A DNA stretch of 64,000 nt from a virus (lineage: Duplodnaviria; Caudoviricetes): positions 14,763 to 78,762 of IMG/VR virus record IMGVR_UViG_3300037634_004069, one strand, 5' to 3'. Made by a program: the position numbers and the translations under genes. Position 1 is the stretch's first letter; every line of letters starts with the position of its first letter. A model generated the notes under the pieces. That model saw nothing but the letters and a program-made list of their open reading frames with translations. It was not told the origin of the DNA and searched no databases. Shown piece after piece: positions 9,906-18,209 of this stretch.

Positions 9906-12900
9906 TGGGAAAACCAAAATATATAGGAGGCCTTACTGGAAACAACGACGGCAATTTTTGGATCGGACTATCATACTCTTTAGAGGACGGATATGATAAA
10001 GTCACTAGAGTAGAAGATATATCCGAAGATAGTTATGGAGTAGGAACAGTAACTAATAAGTACTATAAAGATAGAATCTATATATTCTATAAAGACTTTG
10101 ATAACTCTATAGACTCTAGAAAACTTAAAATCTATTTTGAATCAGGAGATGTGGAACAGATATCTGTATTTGTTCCTACAAGTAATAAGAAAGTAGACAA
10201 TGCAGGAGATGAGTATTCTAGCTCTAAACTTTTTAATTCTTCAGAATTTTTAGATTATAGATTAGAAGTAACTTATGGTACAGGAAAAAGTATGGCTGGA
10301 AACTATGCTATGCTTCCTATTAGTGACCCTTACGGTAAATTTTCTTATGATAAAGCATGGTCACATAGTGAACCCGGATCTTTAGTAACTTTTAATGGAT
10401 CAATACTAAATACACTTGATCCAGATGTTACTCATATGGGTAAACCTTTTGTAGGGCCATTACCTCAATTTGTAATGTTTGCTGCTGTACTTGATGATTC
10501 TAAAGATTATTTAGAGGCAGGAGATGTTTGGGGTGAAGTATTTGATGCTAATAGCACTGTACCTACAATAACATCTTTTATTTGGACAAAGGATATACCT
10601 GAAAAACCAACCACTGTTAAAAAAACATTTGAGGTTTGTGCAGATCCTACATCTCCAAGTTATTATAAGACTACAAAACAAGATACATCAGGAGCTACTA
10701 TAGATGATAAATATCTAAAAGGTTTAATTCCGGCGTTATTTACTAGTGGAGCTTGTGCAACAGATACTTCAGGATTTGAAGTAGTAGTTGATGTTACGGA
10801 TCCTTATAGAGATGAAGACGGTACTATTACTGTTACTGTTTTAGGAACTAATACTACTCCAGTTCAAAGTGAGTGGGAGAAGCAAAGCCTATATTTACAA
10901 GATAAAGCACCTACTACTACGCTTCTTGGAACTCAATTTTTCACTTGGGAATTAAAAGTACCAGGAGGAATTCAAGCGCCTAGTACCACTATAACAAATG
11001 GTAAAGCAGCTGCACCCGTAACTTTTACAGGGATAAAAACAGCAAATGCCCCTTATACTGTAGAAGTAACTGAAACAGCTACAGGAGGAAAAATCACTAT
11101 ACCTGTAAATATACAGGAAACGTCTACAAATTCTAAAACTAAAACAGATAGGGGAGGAGATATATATTTTTGTCATAAACCAACTGCTATAAATTATATA
11201 GGATACCCCAACCCAACTGGTAATGACCAAGATCCCGGACAAATTTGCATCGAATGTTTAGATAAAGATGCGGATGGAGTGTATGAATACACTATAGGAG
11301 ATGTTCCATCTAGCCAACCAATACTAGTAAACGCAGGAAGTAATTTTGTAAATGAAACTTCTGAGGGGGCTGGTGACGGTTCTATTATATTTAATGCTAA
11401 TTATAATAGTGCTTTAGCTCCTAATTTAGGTCAATTTTTTACCAATGGGTTTGATGTAAACTTATATACTACTACAGGAGTATCTGGACCAAGTAACACC
11501 TTTATCTATGGTACTACAGGAGCAAGTTCCCCTAGTTATACATTTAATAATTTAGCAGATGGATGGTATGTAGTTGAAGCATCTCCTGCAGGATGGAATT
11601 GTCCTACAAAGTTTTATTTTCAAATTGGATATGGCGAATCTCCACAAGAATGTGTTACTTCAGCAAATTTTTCAATAGATCCATGCTCAGGACAAACAAG
11701 TATATCTGTAGAAACAGCTTATGATTCTTTACCAGAATCAGGACTTGGTATAAATTACGGAGTTTATACAGAGGTAATAAGCCCCACTGGAGAGTCTGTT
11801 CTTTTCCCAGTAAGTGATCCTATTGTAAATATAGGTGATACTTTTATTATACATATAAATTTTTGGAGTAATAATCCTCTAAATTGTAATAATTCTGAAG
11901 TAACACATATAGTTACAGAGGCAGATAGAAACTGCAGTATTTTAGAAGGATATCCTATTGGGTGCATGGATCCTACAGCAATTAACTTTGACCCAAGCGC
12001 AGTAATAAGCAGTGGGCAATGTGTATATGAAACTGTAGGATGTACTGATGTTTCAGCTTTAAACTATGACAGCAGTGCAAGTGTATCTTGTGAAAATTGC
12101 TGTTATTATTGTGAAGACCAACTTATAACAGGAGTTACAGTGGCATCTAACATACCTACTTTAACTTGGTTTGGAACAGCGCCGGCTGTATATGATGTAT
12201 CTTGGGAAAGCACTTCAACAGGAACTGTAATAGAAACTGAAAACACTTTAACAGGTCCTTATTTAGTAGATGGGGCTTATACAGTTACAATAACTGATGC
12301 TAATGGCTGTATTCAAACATATGCATTTGGAATAAATACCACTCTTATATATGGGTGTATGGATCCTAATGCAGAGAATTTTAATCCTGCAGTCAATGTT
12401 CCTTATGGTACTCTAGGAGAACCAGGAGATACTTTTTCTACAAATTGTACTTATAGATTAGAACCTTCTCCGTGTGTTCCTACCAGTTTAGGAACTATAC
12501 AAAGTAATTTAGATGTGTGCTTTAGTGATAAAAGTAATAAGTATCTCACACTGCTAAAGTCAGGGAGGTTAACTCCCTGCAATGAAGCAGTTATAAGAAG
12601 ACTTTCACTTATAAAATATTTACTCTCTCAAAGAGACTTAGAATGTGTTTATAATTGTTCAGATTCTTTATCCCCCGCACTTAGTGAAACTTCACGAGGA
12701 ACATCTTGTACTTCAAAATGGTCAGAAGGAGGTCCCTCTGGGGAATCTCTTATATGGTCAGCTACAGCAGGTTATCAATGGGGGGATGTAGTAAAACATC
12801 CAGTGAGTGATAATATTTACACAATGATTCTTGGTATATATGCTATAGGATCTGATCCGGAAACTATAATAGGAGATCCTTATTGGGAATATTGTAGGTC

Positions 12901-13090
12901 TGTTGACGCACCTTCAGATAATACAAATAGGTTAGATAAATACATGGCCTATATAAATGAAAATTGTAAAGACTGCAATCTTAAAGATGTAACGTCTACA
13001 GATTCAGAACCAGTTTCAACAAGTGATTCACCAACAACTATAGACGGTGAAATAATAGAAATAGAAGGTGGAGGAATAGATCTCCCATAA
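9905..13090 (+). CDS. Large mosaic tail/adhesin-like protein (GCxDxxAxN repeats, SprB-like repeat, CBM5/12-like motif, Cys-rich C-terminal domain)
   Basis: GCMDPTAINF (11960), GCTDVSALNY (12038), GCMDPNAENF (12353); GAYTVTITDANGC (12272-12310); W...Y.WGDVV.H...Y (from 12755). Confidence 0.6.
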   Translation: MGKPKYIGGLTGNNDGNFWIGLSYSLEDGYDKVTRVEDISEDSYGVGTVTNKYYKDRIYIFYKDFDNSIDSRKLKIYFESGDVEQISVFVPTSNKKVDNAGDEYSSSKLFNSSEFLDYRLEVTYGTGKSMAGNYAMLPISDPYGKFSYDKAWSHSEPGSLVTFNGSILNTLDPDVTHMGKPFVGPLPQFVMFAAVLDDSKDYLEAGDVWGEVFDANSTVPTITSFIWTKDIPEKPTTVKKTFEVCADPTSPSYYKTTKQDTSGATIDDKYLKGLIPALFTSGACATDTSGFEVVVDVTDPYRDEDGTITVTVLGTNTTPVQSEWEKQSLYLQDKAPTTTLLGTQFFTWELKVPGGIQAPSTTITNGKAAAPVTFTGIKTANAPYTVEVTETATGGKITIPVNIQETSTNSKTKTDRGGDIYFCHKPTAINYIGYPNPTGNDQDPGQICIECLDKDADGVYEYTIGDVPSSQPILVNAGSNFVNETSEGAGDGSIIFNANYNSALAPNLGQFFTNGFDVNLYTTTGVSGPSNTFIYGTTGASSPSYTFNNLADGWYVVEASPAGWNCPTKFYFQIGYGESPQECVTSANFSIDPCSGQTSISVETAYDSLPESGLGINYGVYTEVISPTGESVLFPVSDPIVNIGDTFIIHINFWSNNPLNCNNSEVTHIVTEADRNCSILEGYPIGCMDPTAINFDPSAVISSGQCVYETVGCTDVSALNYDSSASVSCENCCYYCEDQLITGVTVASNIPTLTWFGTAPAVYDVSWESTSTGTVIETENTLTGPYLVDGAYTVTITDANGCIQTYAFGINTTLIYGCMDPNAENFNPAVNVPYGTLGEPGDTFSTNCTYRLEPSPCVPTSLGTIQSNLDVCFSDKSNKYLTLLKSGRLTPCNEAVIRRLSLIKYLLSQRDLECVYNCSDSLSPALSETSRGTSCTSKWSEGGPSGESLIWSATAGYQWGDVVKHPVSDNIYTMILGIYAIGSDPETIIGDPYWEYCRSVDAPSDNTNRLDKYMAYINENCKDCNLKDVTSTDSEPVSTSDSPTTIDGEIIEIEGGGIDLP

Positions 13091-13107
13091 CTTTTAATAT
13101 TGAAAAA

Positions 13108-14478
13108 ATGTCAGACGTATCAAAATGGAATGTAATAAGTAAAACATCTTTAGATTCCTCACATTATGTACCAGTAACAGGGAAAAATAAATTCCAACTT
13201 TCCTCTTTATTGCCAAGTTTAGCTACTTCAGGAGCGGGTTCTGAAAGTTTATATGTAAGTGTTACAAACGGAAACCAACTAAACTTTAAAGGTATTAAGT
13301 CTGGAGATACAGGCCTACTTACTGTTGCTACTGCCTCAGATAATGTTGTTCTTACAATTCTTGAATCAGGAATAGATTTAAATTCTTGTGACAATACTAC
13401 AGCACAGTTTCTTAAAACTGTAGCTCTAGCATCTAATGTTACAGGACAACTATCTGTAGTAAACGGAGGAACTGGACTATCTACAATATCTAAAGGTCAA
13501 ATGCTTTATGCATCTGCAGATGGAACTCTCGCAGCAACTTCTGCTATGAGTACAAATGGACAAGTTCTTATAGGTAATGCTACTTCAGGTGTACCAACTT
13601 TAGCTACATTAACTGCAGGAGATAACATTGCTATTACTAATGGAGCTGGTTCTATTTCTATTGCAGCAAATCTGACAAGTGCAGGAGCTGCTTTAGATAT
13701 GAATACTTATAATATCAATTTAGACAGAGCTGCAGGACAATCTTGGGTAACCGGAGATGGGTCTGATGAAGGTATTTCAGTTGATGCGGATGGTAAAGTG
13801 ATCCTAAAAGACGGTACACATGCTGCAGATACTAGCGGAGCACAGCTGTCTTTACAAGGAGCTGCAGCAACAGCTATAGAAATAGGTAACGATGCTGTAC
13901 AAAAAGAGTACACCATCAAAGTTCAAGACGCCCCCTCTTCAGCACATTCCGTAGGATTAAATATAAAAGGAGGCAATGCTACTAGTGGAAACACTAATGG
14001 AGGACATTTAACAATAAAAGGAGGCTCATCTTCAGGCACTGGAACTGCAGGAATAGTATACCTCGAAGCAGGAGATCCTGGAGCTGGGGGCACAGAAGCA
14101 GGAATACAATTAAAAACCCATGCAGCTGGAGCTGCAGCAAGTACTGCATTTGCTGTTAGTTCTACAATGACTACAACATATAAGCCTTTACTGTATAGCG
14201 GTGTACAAGTACTTACAGGAGCAGGAGCAGTGGATCTTACAAGTCCTATTACACACATAGTTACAACAGGAGCTAACGCACTTACTCTTGCAGATGGTAT
14301 AGAAGGCCAAACAAAAATGATTATCATGAAGACCGACGGAGGAGACGGAACACTTACCCCGGCCAATTTCGCACAAGGGACAACTATTACGTTTGATGCT
14401 GTAGGAGAAAGTGTATATCTACTATTTACTAATGGTGGATGGCATAAGATGGGAGGACACGATGCTACAATTGCTTAA
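13108..14478 (+). CDS. Fibre protein (tail or head fibre)
   Basis: Gly/Ala/Thr-rich; contains GQLSVVNGGTG and GQVLIG..SG.P..ATLTAG.NI.ITNGAGSI.IA segments typical of trimeric phage fibres. Confidence 0.65.
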   Translation: MSDVSKWNVISKTSLDSSHYVPVTGKNKFQLSSLLPSLATSGAGSESLYVSVTNGNQLNFKGIKSGDTGLLTVATASDNVVLTILESGIDLNSCDNTTAQFLKTVALASNVTGQLSVVNGGTGLSTISKGQMLYASADGTLAATSAMSTNGQVLIGNATSGVPTLATLTAGDNIAITNGAGSISIAANLTSAGAALDMNTYNINLDRAAGQSWVTGDGSDEGISVDADGKVILKDGTHAADTSGAQLSLQGAAATAIEIGNDAVQKEYTIKVQDAPSSAHSVGLNIKGGNATSGNTNGGHLTIKGGSSSGTGTAGIVYLEAGDPGAGGTEAGIQLKTHAAGAAASTAFAVSSTMTTTYKPLLYSGVQVLTGAGAVDLTSPITHIVTTGANALTLADGIEGQTKMIIMKTDGGDGTLTPANFAQGTTITFDAVGESVYLLFTNGGWHKMGGHDATIA

Positions 14479-14488
14479 GAATTTAACC

Positions 14489-14510
14489 AGATAACGTACA
14501 TTTGTTATCT
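14489..14510 (+). promoter_or_regulatory. Inverted repeat containing a TAnnTTTG box (TACATTTG, 14497-14504)
   Basis: agataac-gtacattt-gttatct is a perfect 7-bp inverted repeat in a 71-bp intergenic gap. Confidence 0.4.
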
Positions 14511-14549
14511 TAATTATATATCTAAACCTAAATAAATTATTAAAATCAG

Positions 14550-14978
14550 ATGGAGACATTAACAAAAGTAACAGGGGAAGGGACTGATCAAAAAACAGTT
14601 CAAAATTATGTAGACCTACTATCAGGACATTACAGTGTAGTAGATCTTCCAGGACTAAAGTTTGCAAAAAAGATTGCAGACAATATTGATGCAATGGAAG
14701 AGCGCCTTGCTCCTCTTAATGAAATTCTACAACCTACTAAAGAGTTTGAAGAGTTTGCAGAGAGAGTTAGAGAGGAAGCTGGAACCGATGCAGAAAAAAT
14801 AAAACTCTTAGAAGAAGAAAACAAAGAGTTGGTAGATCATAGAAAATCACAGTTAGAGACTGCGGAAGAAATGTTAAAAGAAAATATGAGTATAACCCTT
14901 CGAACTATTTATGAAGGAGAGCTCCCTAATAACATTTCTGCCAAGCAGATTAAAGCTCTTAAATCAATCTTAAAATAA
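14550..14978 (+). CDS. Hypothetical coiled-coil protein, possibly a fibre assembly chaperone
   Basis: Charged helical 142-aa ORF directly after the fibre gene. Confidence 0.4.
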   Translation: METLTKVTGEGTDQKTVQNYVDLLSGHYSVVDLPGLKFAKKIADNIDAMEERLAPLNEILQPTKEFEEFAERVREEAGTDAEKIKLLEEENKELVDHRKSQLETAEEMLKENMSITLRTIYEGELPNNISAKQIKALKSILK

Positions 14979-14980
14979 TC

Positions 14981-15343
14981 ATGGCATCATCCGTAAAATT
15001 TAAACTAAGCGCAGTAAGTTCTTCTGTAGGAGCAGATAAAATGGACTTTACTGTAGAGAAACTTGTATCAGTTACAGAACCTTTGTCGAATATGGCAAAG
15101 GTTTCTGTAGCTACAGGTTCAGACTCTGTAATTCTTGCAAATACTAATGTACAATCTTATGTATATGTAAGAAATATAGATACAACAAATTATGTTACAG
15201 TGAAGAATACTGCAGATAACACTCTAGCTATAATTAGAGCTGGAGAGTTTGCATTGTTTCCTGTAGCAGCATCTGCTGGCATAGAACTAAGAGCTGATAC
15301 AGCTGCATGTATTGTTGAATATGGATACTGGGCAGTAGCATGA
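14981..15343 (+). CDS. Small beta-rich putative structural protein
   Basis: YVYVRNID.TNYV.V...GEFALFP pattern; ATGA overlap with the next gene. Confidence 0.45.
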   Translation: MASSVKFKLSAVSSSVGADKMDFTVEKLVSVTEPLSNMAKVSVATGSDSVILANTNVQSYVYVRNIDTTNYVTVKNTADNTLAIIRAGEFALFPVAASAGIELRADTAACIVEYGYWAVA

Positions 15344-16077
15344 TAATTACCCCGATAAATAGCACTGAAAGTGCAGTGCATTTAAGCGGGTATGTAACAG
15401 GTGCTACATCCGGCTATAAAGAAGTATGGCCTATATCAGGTACTACTGCTTCTATAGCTATGCCTGAAATCTTAAGACAAGTGTCAGTATCTAGTGGTGA
15501 TACTACAGACGTAGCTCCTAGTGGAGGTGCGCATTCAGTTTTATTAGAAGGGCTGGACAGAAGGTTTGAGCCTCAATCAGAGCTTATTGATTTAAATGGG
15601 AGAACAGGAGTTATAAGTGAAAAAGCTTATAGAGCAATAAACTCTATAAAAGTTGTTTCTTCTGGATCAGATGGTACTAATAAAGGTATTATATATGTAG
15701 GCTCAGGAGCTATTACTACTGGAGTACCAGCAACATCTTACTCTGTAATAGATTCAAATATTTCTGTATCAGAAACTTTATCTTTTACTGTTCCTAATGG
15801 GCACATGCTAGAAATAGAATCTATATCAGTAGTACCCAAAACTATTAATACCACATCTTTACATTGGGAATTACTTAAAGCAGATATAGTAAGTGAAATA
15901 GAAGTAGATCAAGTTGTTTATACCTCTATGTATAGAGGAACACAATTTGAAAGCACACAAAAACTTCATAGACCTATAACCATTGAAGCAAGAAAGACAC
16001 TAAAAATGAGAGTCTCTCAATTAAATGCTAATGGAGATGTATTAGTACATATAATAGGTAAATTAATTAAACAATAG
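15340..16077 (+). CDS. Putative structural protein
   Basis: S.DT....GA.SV...GLD..F....E...LNG.T.V...Y..IN...V...G...N.G.IY motif seen in phage structural proteins. Confidence 0.45.
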   Translation: MIITPINSTESAVHLSGYVTGATSGYKEVWPISGTTASIAMPEILRQVSVSSGDTTDVAPSGGAHSVLLEGLDRRFEPQSELIDLNGRTGVISEKAYRAINSIKVVSSGSDGTNKGIIYVGSGAITTGVPATSYSVIDSNISVSETLSFTVPNGHMLEIESISVVPKTINTTSLHWELLKADIVSEIEVDQVVYTSMYRGTQFESTQKLHRPITIEARKTLKMRVSQLNANGDVLVHIIGKLIKQ

Positions 16078-16084
16078 ATTTGAA

Positions 16085-16783
16085 ATGACACTAGATGAAA
16101 TAGCATATAACATCCTTAACATCTACAGAGGTGGTCGTTCAAATCATAATGAACATATATCTCTTAGACAGATAAAGTTCAATATCAAGCATTATCGTGC
16201 AATGCTATTACGTAGAGATTTTGCACGTAATTCTTTTGTCTCTAGGCACCATGAGCAAGATCTTAAATGTATAGAATTAGAAATAGTAGATGCATCGAGG
16301 TGTTGTGGGCTCCCTTTAGATTGTGTAGTATCTAGAACTAATGTAGATATACCTAGAACTATCCGTATGAATCATATGGAGGGGATAACAAATGTAGCGG
16401 ATCCAAGTGGTATACATACTATACCTATGATAGATACAATTGCAGTCCAAACTCTACCATATGATAGGTTTACAAAAAATACTCGTAAAGCGTACATGAT
16501 AGAAGATAGACTATATATATACAATCCAGATGGAATGGATACAGTAAATATTAGAGGAATATTTGAAGACCCGGAAGAGCTAGCTAAATTCGATTGTGAC
16601 GGAGGAGATTGCTACGATAGCGATATGGATTACCCATTATCTGCAGATCTTGTATCAGCTATAACTGATGGTCTTATCAAAGGTACATTCCAAATGATAG
16701 CTATGACTACATCAGATACTGAAAATGACACAATGCAAAGTGGTGCAGTACCAAGACAACAAGGAAATGCCAAAGCAAAGTAA
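16085..16783 (+). CDS. Tail ring protein, crAss-like
   Basis: MTLDEIAY.I...S.RQI.F.I..YRA.L, YIYN, GIFEDP and YP..ADLV..I pattern; synteny. Confidence 0.65.
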   Translation: MTLDEIAYNILNIYRGGRSNHNEHISLRQIKFNIKHYRAMLLRRDFARNSFVSRHHEQDLKCIELEIVDASRCCGLPLDCVVSRTNVDIPRTIRMNHMEGITNVADPSGIHTIPMIDTIAVQTLPYDRFTKNTRKAYMIEDRLYIYNPDGMDTVNIRGIFEDPEELAKFDCDGGDCYDSDMDYPLSADLVSAITDGLIKGTFQMIAMTTSDTENDTMQSGAVPRQQGNAKAK

Positions 16784-17252
16784 AGATCTTTACAGTACAT
16801 ATCTAACTATGAGTGATTCTCCAGTACTTTTTAAAAAGTATAAGGAGATTCTTCAAGAGTTTAATATTATGATAATGGAAGCCCTTATAGCTGGGGCAGA
16901 ATTTAACATGGGTTATAACTTATCTAATCTTTCAATTATAAGAGCGAATGTAAATCCAAACACAGCTAGAATAGATTGGAACACGTCTATGAAATTTAAA
17001 GAAGAGCTTTTAAAAAAAGGAACTGTTCTTTTTGATAAAGAAACCGGGAAAGGAGAGAAATGGTTTATTTATCATACATCTAAACAGTATTTTAAATTTT
17101 ACTGGTCTAAGATGTTCTGCAGAGTAAAAAATTCAAGCGTCTATAGATTTGATGCTACTCGTGGCAAAAAAGGAAATAAACAGAAATTAAAAGATCTGAT
17201 CAATAATGACGATCTTGCATATCTAAGATTTAAACGCCATGGCAATCTATAA
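16767..17252 (+). CDS. IHF/HU-like DNA-binding protein of the crAss-like tail module
   Basis: Basic protein between ring genes; helix-helix-beta pattern (Y..IL..FN..I...LI.G..F.M...L..L.I). ATG 16767 is preferred over 16725 because it reduces the overlap. Confidence 0.5.
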   Translation: MPKQSKDLYSTYLTMSDSPVLFKKYKEILQEFNIMIMEALIAGAEFNMGYNLSNLSIIRANVNPNTARIDWNTSMKFKEELLKKGTVLFDKETGKGEKWFIYHTSKQYFKFYWSKMFCRVKNSSVYRFDATRGKKGNKQKLKDLINNDDLAYLRFKRHGNL

Positions 17253-18207
17253 GCACGTATCCGGAAAAGAGATTATAAGAAAGGTATTTAGAGACATACG
17301 TCCTGCAAATGCTAACTTCATCCATGATGCTGTAGAATGGATGGGAGAGGCTCTTGAGCATATAGGTGCTAGCACCCAGCTTTGTCGCAAGCAGTGTGTA
17401 ATAGAAATAAAGAACCATAAAGCCTGTTTACCAGGAGATCTTTATTACATAAATCAAGTAGCGGTAAATACTTGCACACAACCCTCTATAAAAAATGAAA
17501 CATCAGAGATATCTTCTCAGATAGCAGAATTAAATAGCAATCTATCTACTTACTATGAAAATGTAAATAATACAGTTTCAAAAAATGAAAGTGGTCAATA
17601 TATATCTTCTTTGACTACTACGGATTTAAATCAATTCGATACTTACCATAAAACAACTTTAAATCAATTAAATGTTTTAAACTCAAGAATGAGTGTTTTA
17701 GAAAACATTTATTTTAATAGTAATGGTAATTGCTTACAGCCTCTACAGTACGGTACTTCTACTTTTCACTCAAGTATACACTGTGACGGCTGCGTAAATG
17801 CGCAATCAAATTATAAGGATACATATATAATTAATTGCGGTAATATTCAAACATCTTTTGCACAAGGGCAAATATGTTTGAGTTACATGGCATTCCCAGT
17901 AGATGAGGAGTGTTACCCAATGGTACCAGATGACATAAGCTACAGAGAAGCTATGTTTTGGTACATTCTTAAAAAGCTCCTTCTTCAGGGGGAAACATTC
18001 AAGAACACTAAAATAGAATATCAGTTTGCAGAAATGATGTGGCAAAAGTATTGTACACAAGCGCGTAATGCTGCAAATTATCCTGATATAGATAGATATC
18101 AATCGTTCATGGATCAGTGGGTGAGGCTTTTACCTAATATAAACAGAGACCTTAATTTCTTTGAAGATCTTAATAGTAGGGAAATGCTTCAGTCCGAAAA
18201 CTTCTAA
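17239..18207 (+). CDS. Tail ring/stabilisation protein, crAss-like
   Basis: YK.VS...II.KV.RD...EW.GEAL..IG, I.TSF..G...L.Y.A.P.DE..YP.VPD and W..YC.QA...A patterns. Confidence 0.7.
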   Translation: MAIYKHVSGKEIIRKVFRDIRPANANFIHDAVEWMGEALEHIGASTQLCRKQCVIEIKNHKACLPGDLYYINQVAVNTCTQPSIKNETSEISSQIAELNSNLSTYYENVNNTVSKNESGQYISSLTTTDLNQFDTYHKTTLNQLNVLNSRMSVLENIYFNSNGNCLQPLQYGTSTFHSSIHCDGCVNAQSNYKDTYIINCGNIQTSFAQGQICLSYMAFPVDEECYPMVPDDISYREAMFWYILKKLLLQGETFKNTKIEYQFAEMMWQKYCTQARNAANYPDIDRYQSFMDQWVRLLPNINRDLNFFEDLNSREMLQSENF

Positions 18208-18209
18208 AT

